Below are positions 58,125 to 64,000 of a DNA stretch of 64,000 nucleotides, piece after piece (the first letter of the stretch is position 1; each line of letters starts with the position of its first letter). The translations under genes were made by a program, and so were the position numbers. Under the pieces are notes generated by a model. That model worked only from the letters and a program-made list of their open reading frames with translations. It did no database searches and was not told the DNA's origin. The stretch lies in contig JBAZKN010000001.1 of NCBI GenBank assembly GCA_041650755.1, positions 136,080 to 200,079 of the forward strand. Reading direction: 5' to 3'. The DNA is from Patescibacteria group bacterium. GTDB lineage: Bacteria; Patescibacteriota; Patescibacteriia; UBA1558; GWA2-36-10.

Positions 58125-59170
58125 AAGCGCAAATCAATAATCGCCAAGATTAGTCCGGCTACAGCAAAAACCGCCGAAATAATCCAGAAGCGCATGACTA
58201 CTTTGGTTTCCGGCCAACCTTTGGCTTCAAAATGATGATGGATAGGGGCAGACAAAAACACTTTTTTCTTTCTGATTTTTTTTGATAAAATTTGGATAAT
58301 CACCGACAAAGATTCAACCAGTGGTACAAAAGCTATCAGAATCAATAAAAGCGGGTAGCCAGTCAGCATGGCTACAATGCCCAAAGAAATACCCAAAGAC
58401 ATCGCACCGGTATCACCCATAAAAAATCTAGCTGGATTAATATTAAACCACAAAAAGGCCAATAAGGCTCCGGAAATTGCTCCGCAAAAAGCCGTTAGAT
58501 TATAATTACCTTGGACAAAAGCAATGGTGCCATAAGCGGCAAAAGCAGCCAACATCACGCCGCCGACCAGGCCATCCAAACCATCAGTCTCGTTGACAGA
58601 AAAAGCGGTAGCTACCAAAACAAAAATGAGAAAAGGTATAAACCACCAACCCATGTGCCACAGGCCGACAAAAGGTATACGCACCACTTCCCAATCAAGC
58701 TTAAAATAAAACCACCAAGCGCCAACCAAAGCGACCAGGGTATACATCAATAAGCGGTGTTTGACAGTCAAACCGCCACCTTTGCCGCCGCCTTGTCTCC
58801 TAATGTTGAACCAATCGTCTAGTAAGCCTATCAAGGCTGAAGCCAGTAAAGCCGCCAAAGGTAAATAGGTTTCGCGGCGAGTCACAAAATTTAAGTGAGC
58901 CAAAAGAGAATCTGGCCAAATAAAAGCTACTAGAAAAAATAAAGCCGCCAAGAGCATAACTGTCAGCCAAATAAGCACCCCGCCCATAGTCGGCGTGCCG
59001 GATTTTATTTTGTGCAACTGGGAAAAGATCGGCGTTTGGCCGTCATCGCGGATACTTTTACCTAATTTATATTTATACAAAATATTGGTCCAAATCGGCG
59101 TCAAAGCAAAAGCCAAAGCAAAAGCAATAGTAGACAATGACAAGATTTTGATAATTTCTTTTTCAGGCAT
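58118..59170 (-). CDS. mraY: phospho-N-acetylmuramoyl-pentapeptide transferase
   Basis: MraY polytopic pattern, position upstream of murD. Confidence 0.85.
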   Translation of the reverse strand: MPEKEIIKILSLSTIAFALAFALTPIWTNILYKYKLGKSIRDDGQTPIFSQLHKIKSGTPTMGGVLIWLTVMLLAALFFLVAFIWPDSLLAHLNFVTRRETYLPLAALLASALIGLLDDWFNIRRQGGGKGGGLTVKHRLLMYTLVALVGAWWFYFKLDWEVVRIPFVGLWHMGWWFIPFLIFVLVATAFSVNETDGLDGLVGGVMLAAFAAYGTIAFVQGNYNLTAFCGAISGALLAFLWFNINPARFFMGDTGAMSLGISLGIVAMLTGYPLLLILIAFVPLVESLSVIIQILSKKIRKKKVFLSAPIHHHFEAKGWPETKVVMRFWIISAVFAVAGLILAIIDLRLW

Positions 59171-59537
59171 GAAGGTTATAATTCAAAATATTATATAGGT
59201 AAATAAGCATCATCATCTGTGATAAAAAAATGGTGGCCAGCAGCCAATAGCTCAAAACACTCCGCTTGGCAAACAAAACAACGCTCACGATAAAATTAAC
59301 TATGCTTAAAAATAAAACTGCCAGCGGTATGCCCCAAAGCCAATGCCACGAACCCAGGAGGTCTATGCCAGAATAAATATTATAGTGCAGAGCCGCCAGA
59401 TTAGTGAAAGCCAAATCTTTCAATCTAATAAAAAACAATACCCAAACCATCAGAGTTATAAGAAGCGATAAATTAATCAGCCAGGCCGACCATTTATCTT
59501 TATAAACAACCTTAATTTTAATCCACAGTCTTCTCAT
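59163..59537 (-). CDS. small membrane protein, hypothetical
   Basis: 3 predicted TM helices. Confidence 0.4.
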   Translation of the reverse strand: MRRLWIKIKVVYKDKWSAWLINLSLLITLMVWVLFFIRLKDLAFTNLAALHYNIYSGIDLLGSWHWLWGIPLAVLFLSIVNFIVSVVLFAKRSVLSYWLLATIFLSQMMMLIYLYNILNYNLHA

Positions 59538-59635
59538 TGGATTTTCTAAGATTTATTTTAACACAAAAAAAAACCTTTATCTAGGCCTTTTTTATATAAA
59601 TTGATATTTTATTATGATAAATTTGTCTAAAAAAG

Positions 59636-59869
59636 TCAAGATTTGACTATTTTTACTTCCTTAATGCTGGGCATTTTGGCCTTTAGCTCAGCCTCAATCA
59701 CATATTTGGCAGTAAAATCAGCCAATTGGCAATGGGCACAAGCCCCCTGCAAGACAATGCTGACTATCCCCTTTTTAGCATCATAATCGACTAAATTCAA
59801 ATTACCGCCATCGGCTACCAGCCCGGGGCGGATGCTATCCAAAATTTTCTCTAATTTTTCACGATTCAT
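59636..59869 (-). CDS. NifU/Nfu-like Fe-S cluster domain protein
   Basis: CAHC (CxxC) in 77-aa Nfu-like fold. Confidence 0.6.
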   Translation of the reverse strand: MNREKLEKILDSIRPGLVADGGNLNLVDYDAKKGIVSIVLQGACAHCQLADFTAKYVIEAELKAKMPSIKEVKIVKS

Positions 59870-60273
59870 TTGATTTTCCCCTGTAGTTTGGCAAAAGTCT
59901 GCTCCAAATCATCCTTGGCTGCTTGGCTGCAAGACCAGTGCACCAAGCCATCATCATCCCAACGGGGAATAATGTGCCAATGCACATGATCAACCAATTG
60001 CCCGGCCACCCGACCATTATTTAGCCCCAAATTATAGCCACGAACGCCCAAAATATCAATAATCTGCGGCGCCAACCTATGTACTATCTTAACAAAATCA
60101 GCTGCCTGCTCGTCTGTCAGGCTGGTAAAATCCGCCACATGCTCTTTGGGAATTACCAGGGCATGCCCACGGGTATTGGGGTTGATATCCAAAATAGAAA
60201 TATATTTTTCATCTTCATAGATGATTTTGGCTGGAATTTTTTTGGCAATAATTTGGCAAAAAATGCAATCCAT
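59866..60273 (-). CDS. HIT family hydrolase
   Basis: Histidine triad HVHWHIIPR and N-terminal CIFC. Confidence 0.8.
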   Translation of the reverse strand: MDCIFCQIIAKKIPAKIIYEDEKYISILDINPNTRGHALVIPKEHVADFTSLTDEQAADFVKIVHRLAPQIIDILGVRGYNLGLNNGRVAGQLVDHVHWHIIPRWDDDGLVHWSCSQAAKDDLEQTFAKLQGKIK

Positions 60274-60295
60274 ATGTTTAGCTCGTTAAATAAAT

Positions 60296-61891
60296 TTAAT
60301 TATGAATTTTATATAAGAAAAAGCCGTTGGCGATTTCTATTTTATCTGATAACTGCAGACCGCTTTGCGCAGCCGCTGCCTGCTCGGCAGCCAAAGCGTT
60401 TTGATCTTTATCGCTATAATAATAAATCGGCACTTGTTCTACAATTTTAGCTAAACGCGGCCAAAGTGGCAAATCACCCTGCGGCACTACTACTTTATAA
60501 TAAGGAAAAAATATCTTATCCGCCCGCTCAGTTACTATCACGGATCCTTGGGGCGCTAAATTTTTCACCAAACTAAACTCCTGCCAATAACCAGCTAGAT
60601 ACTGCTGGTGTTTAAATAGGCCATCGTATTTTGCGCCATAAGCCGAATAAAGGGAAAAAGCAGCCAAAATGATAAGCAGCGGCCAGACCAACACTTTTGG
60701 CCAGCGCGCATGCTTTGACCAAACAGACAAAGCATGGGCCGCCCAAGGCAAGAGCAGAATATATAAGGGCAAAAAATAACGCACATAAGAGCTGCTGATA
60801 AAATTCAGATTCTTGACCAAGGGATCTGCCAAATCCCAACTGCCATAAAACAAAAGGATAAAGACAAAAATAATAATGTTTAGCACTAGATAGCCAGACC
60901 ACAATTTTTCCGAGCGGCGATTTTTGAACCAATAAAATAATCCGAACAAAGCCAAAATAATGTAAGGCCAGACCAGTTTGACAAAATATTTGGCAAAATT
61001 ATAAACAATTAATTTGAGATTGAAACCAAACGGAATAAAAATAGCTTTCAGCCAAGCAAAAACATTTGTTTGGCGATCAAGTATCTCGGTCGGCAGAGTC
61101 TTGTCCTGAAAATTGATATAGCCAAAAGAAAAATAGCTGCCATAAACAATTTTATTAAGATACAGACCGGCCAACACAACGGCCGCAAAAACCAGCACAC
61201 TAGAAATCAGCTGCTGTCTGGAAAATTGGCGACGCTGCCAATAAAATAAACAAACAAAGCTAAGCAGCAGCCAAACTAGTTCTGTCGGCCGGCACATAAG
61301 ACTCAAGCTCAAAAACAAGCTAGCTGACCAATAAGACTTTTTGGCAAAAAGAAAAGCGGCCAGCACCACTAAAAAAATAAACAGTATATTGGTCAACATG
61401 GCCAGCTGACTAAAATAAAACCAAGGAGCCAAGGGCCAAAACAATAAGCTGGCAAAAAAAGCTAGCCGTTTATCCTGAAAAACCAGCTCTAATATTTTAT
61501 AGACCAAAAAGACAATAGCGGCTGACAAGAGTGGTGTGAGCAATAAAACGCCAAAAGCGCCAAGTAAAGCAAAAAATAGGGCGAAAATAGCTATATTGGG
61601 CAACCAAGTCATAGGCAATAAAAATCCATCAATCACATTTAAGCTGCGGGTGTGCAAGAGATTATCAGTCGACAGATTCAACGGCTCAAATACTTTGAAG
61701 GTGTGCTCCTCGGCCAAAACTTTTGCTGAAAAATAATTGGCATTGGCATCCGGCCAATTGAAAATCAGCTGCTGTCCGCTACCGGCTTGCCACTGGGGCC
61801 ACCAGACAGTCCAGACTGTCAAACTATAAATAATAGCAAACAACAAACTGCCAACTAAAATAGATAAATTATATTTATTGTTTATTTTCAT
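60296..61891 (-). CDS. large polytopic membrane protein, GT-C-like (ArnT/PMT-type glycosyltransferase candidate)
   Basis: ~12 TM helices, flanked by GT4 genes. Confidence 0.4.
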   Translation of the reverse strand: MKINNKYNLSILVGSLLFAIIYSLTVWTVWWPQWQAGSGQQLIFNWPDANANYFSAKVLAEEHTFKVFEPLNLSTDNLLHTRSLNVIDGFLLPMTWLPNIAIFALFFALLGAFGVLLLTPLLSAAIVFLVYKILELVFQDKRLAFFASLLFWPLAPWFYFSQLAMLTNILFIFLVVLAAFLFAKKSYWSASLFLSLSLMCRPTELVWLLLSFVCLFYWQRRQFSRQQLISSVLVFAAVVLAGLYLNKIVYGSYFSFGYINFQDKTLPTEILDRQTNVFAWLKAIFIPFGFNLKLIVYNFAKYFVKLVWPYIILALFGLFYWFKNRRSEKLWSGYLVLNIIIFVFILLFYGSWDLADPLVKNLNFISSSYVRYFLPLYILLLPWAAHALSVWSKHARWPKVLVWPLLIILAAFSLYSAYGAKYDGLFKHQQYLAGYWQEFSLVKNLAPQGSVIVTERADKIFFPYYKVVVPQGDLPLWPRLAKIVEQVPIYYYSDKDQNALAAEQAAAAQSGLQLSDKIEIANGFFLYKIHN

Positions 61892-63101
61892 TCAATAAAT
61901 CCAAAATTGTTTGAATATAATTTTCTCTGCTGAAGCCAGCCACGCTAGCGCGGCAATTATCTGCCATGAGAGACAGGCGATCGCGCTGAGCATATAAAGA
62001 AATGATTTTTTTGTTCAAAGCGGCAAAATCACCAGCCGGAAAAACCCAGCCATTGACGCCTTCTCTTATCAGCTCGCTCACGCCGCCTATATCGCTAGCC
62101 AAAACCGGCAGACCCATGCCCAAGGCTTCATATATCACGGTGGGCGAATTTTCATAACACAAAGACGGCACCACCAAAATATCCATGCTGCCCAAAAGCT
62201 CCATCAGCTTAGGGTGCGTCATCCAGCCATGAAAAACAATCCGCTTATCAGCTTGAGCGGCTGACTGGGCAGCTACCAAATCAGAACCCACTCCCACGAT
62301 GTGCAGGCGGGCATCCGGCAGCTCTAAAGCACGCCAGGCTTTGATCAATCCCAAGACACCTTTGGCGAGCTGCACTTGACCAAGATATAAAACTTCCAAA
62401 TTGTAGCTGGATTTTTTACTGACCCCAATATCAGCGCCAATCGGGTTGGGTAAAACTATTTTTTTTGATTTGGGGAAAAAATCATATTGCTTATAAAAAT
62501 CCAATAAAAATTTGGATGGTGAAATCACAATCTGGGGCGAAGCAAAAAGTTTGCGCATCAATCGTGGATAGCCAATCGATTTAAAAAATTTATGCTGCCA
62601 GGCATCCTCTGCCCCCTTGATAATCAGGCCGGACGGCGTGACTAGTTGCACGTCGTGCAGGGTATGGATATGAGTGATGTGTAATTTCCTAAATAGCAGT
62701 GGCAACAAAAATCCTAGGCCCATCAAATTATGAGTGATCACTACATCTGGTTTTTCTTCCAATAATATTTTTTTGACTTGAAAATAAGAATGCCAATTGA
62801 AAATATCCAAAAAATGCCAAAGCAAACGCAAAATAGCGGGATATTTATAATCATTCAAATAATAATAAACATTAAAAGGGGTGATCCGATAAACTGAAAC
62901 ACTATTAACTTCGTCTTGCCAAACCAGCTCATTATCAGCCCGGACATCAACGCCGTTGACATTCATTTTTCTGGGCTTAGTGGCAATCACAAAAACATGC
63001 TGCCAGGCGGCTTTCAGGCCCTCGGCTTCAGTGGCAGCTATCATCTCTGCCCCGCCCCTGACCAGCGGCGGATATAAATTACTAATAACAGCAAACTTCA
63101 T
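61875..63101 (-). CDS. GT4 family glycosyltransferase
   Basis: LVRGGAE N-term; ENSPTVIYEALGMGLPV C-term. Confidence 0.7.
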   Translation of the reverse strand: MKFAVISNLYPPLVRGGAEMIAATEAEGLKAAWQHVFVIATKPRKMNVNGVDVRADNELVWQDEVNSVSVYRITPFNVYYYLNDYKYPAILRLLWHFLDIFNWHSYFQVKKILLEEKPDVVITHNLMGLGFLLPLLFRKLHITHIHTLHDVQLVTPSGLIIKGAEDAWQHKFFKSIGYPRLMRKLFASPQIVISPSKFLLDFYKQYDFFPKSKKIVLPNPIGADIGVSKKSSYNLEVLYLGQVQLAKGVLGLIKAWRALELPDARLHIVGVGSDLVAAQSAAQADKRIVFHGWMTHPKLMELLGSMDILVVPSLCYENSPTVIYEALGMGLPVLASDIGGVSELIREGVNGWVFPAGDFAALNKKIISLYAQRDRLSLMADNCRASVAGFSRENYIQTILDLLNENKQ

Positions 63102-63105
63102 CCCG

Positions 63106-64000
63106 TTACAAATTAGTAATCAAATCGTCAAGCTGCCGGCCAATATGCTCCCAAGTATAGCTTTCCAAAACTCGCTGCCGGCCAGCCTGCCCATAAGCTC
63201 TGGCTATCCGCGGATTTTTTAATAAATAATCCAACATATCAGCTAAATTTTGCACGCTACCTGGCTTTACTAGCAGCCCAGTTTCTTTCTTTTTGACCAC
63301 CGACCTGACGCCAGCCAGATCAGAAGCAATCACCGGCACGCCAGATGACATGGCCTCCAAAGCCACTATGCCAAAAGCTTCTGACTTATCTATTGATGGC
63401 AAGACAAATATGTCAGCTAAAGAATAAAGTTTAGGCAAAATATTCTCCTCTACTCGGCCCAGAAAAATAATTTTTTTGCCTAAGCCCAAAGTATCAACCA
63501 GGCTCTGATAGCTGGCCAATAATTCACCGCCCCCCGCAATCAAAACCCGAAAATTATCATTATCGTTTAAGTGGCTGATAGCTTGGATCAAAATATTTAC
63601 TCCTTTAAAATAATGCGGCCTATCCAAAGCTCCTACGAACAAAACAATTTGCTTGTTATACAAATCGTATTTGGTCATCAACTCTTTGTCGCGATAACGT
63701 GGTTTGAAAAGTAAATGATTGACACCGCAAGGAATTTCAGCAAATTTTTCCGGTTCAGCCGCCAGCCTTTCGGCTAAAGTAGAATTTTTGGCATAGTCCC
63801 AAGAAGTGACTATGATCTTATCTGCCTGATCCAAAATCTTTGGCATGATAAAATTGGTGTGCCATTTAAAAACTTTGGACAGCAAACCACTGCCCACCAC
63901 ATCCATATGATAAGTGATGACTAATTTTAAATCTTTGATCTGCTCCAGAAAATAAATAATTTCTGCGCCGCCAAAAAATGGATAATGCAAATGAATCACA
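63106..64000 (-). CDS. GT4 family glycosyltransferase, 5' end beyond window
   Basis: EAFGIVALEAMSSGVPV motif; ORF runs to window edge. Confidence 0.65.
   Translation of the reverse strand, partial: VIHLHYPFFGGAEIIYFLEQIKDLKLVITYHMDVVGSGLLSKVFKWHTNFIMPKILDQADKIIVTSWDYAKNSTLAERLAAEPEKFAEIPCGVNHLLFKPRYRDKELMTKYDLYNKQIVLFVGALDRPHYFKGVNILIQAISHLNDNDNFRVLIAGGGELLASYQSLVDTLGLGKKIIFLGRVEENILPKLYSLADIFVLPSIDKSEAFGIVALEAMSSGVPVIASDLAGVRSVVKKKETGLLVKPGSVQNLADMLDYLLKNPRIARAYGQAGRQRVLESYTWEHIGRQLDDLITNL

Overview
Low-GC bacterial window (about 35-45% GC with an AT-rich island near 25%), gene-dense, with small housekeeping genes; this looks CPR/Patescibacteria-like, which is inference only.

Gene content: The plus-strand block at 1-15.8 kb carries alaS (3' part), hpf, secA and a run of small accessory enzymes: an alpha/beta hydrolase, NUDIX, NYN, an ASCH-methyltransferase fusion, a HIGH-motif nucleotidyltransferase, a VanX-like dipeptidase, CYTH, cupin, a polysaccharide deacetylase, pyrD, a processive GT2 and a Ctp protease. 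The middle of the window has fmt-def, ligT, tagA-like, gltX and an M23 peptidase. Two GC-rich structured non-coding RNA loci sit between the M23 gene and a xerC/D recombinase; I could not assign either to an RNA family from sequence alone. These are followed by ftsQ, alr, serS and lysS. An 8 kb surface-glycan locus (GT2 x3, Wzy-like, GT4 x2, Wzx flippase) precedes a ribosomal-protein/rpoA/infA block in which heptad tandem repeats (CCATAWG)n fill three intercistronic or promoter spacers.

Most interesting region: The dcw cell-wall cluster (mraY-murD-ftsW-murG ... murC-murB) is interrupted between murG and murC by about 9 kb of cargo. The cargo includes a roughly 25% GC core cassette encoding a GT4 glycosyltransferase, an ANT-like nucleotidyltransferase tightly coupled to an unknown 286-aa protein, a PHP phosphoesterase, an APH-like kinase and a degenerate HD-GYP-like hydrolase. 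A second segment carries a YfbR-like HD hydrolase, a HAD hydrolase, a PPase-like protein and a T4 endonuclease V-like glycosylase. The two segments are separated by a perfect 146-bp duplicate of the murG 3' end.
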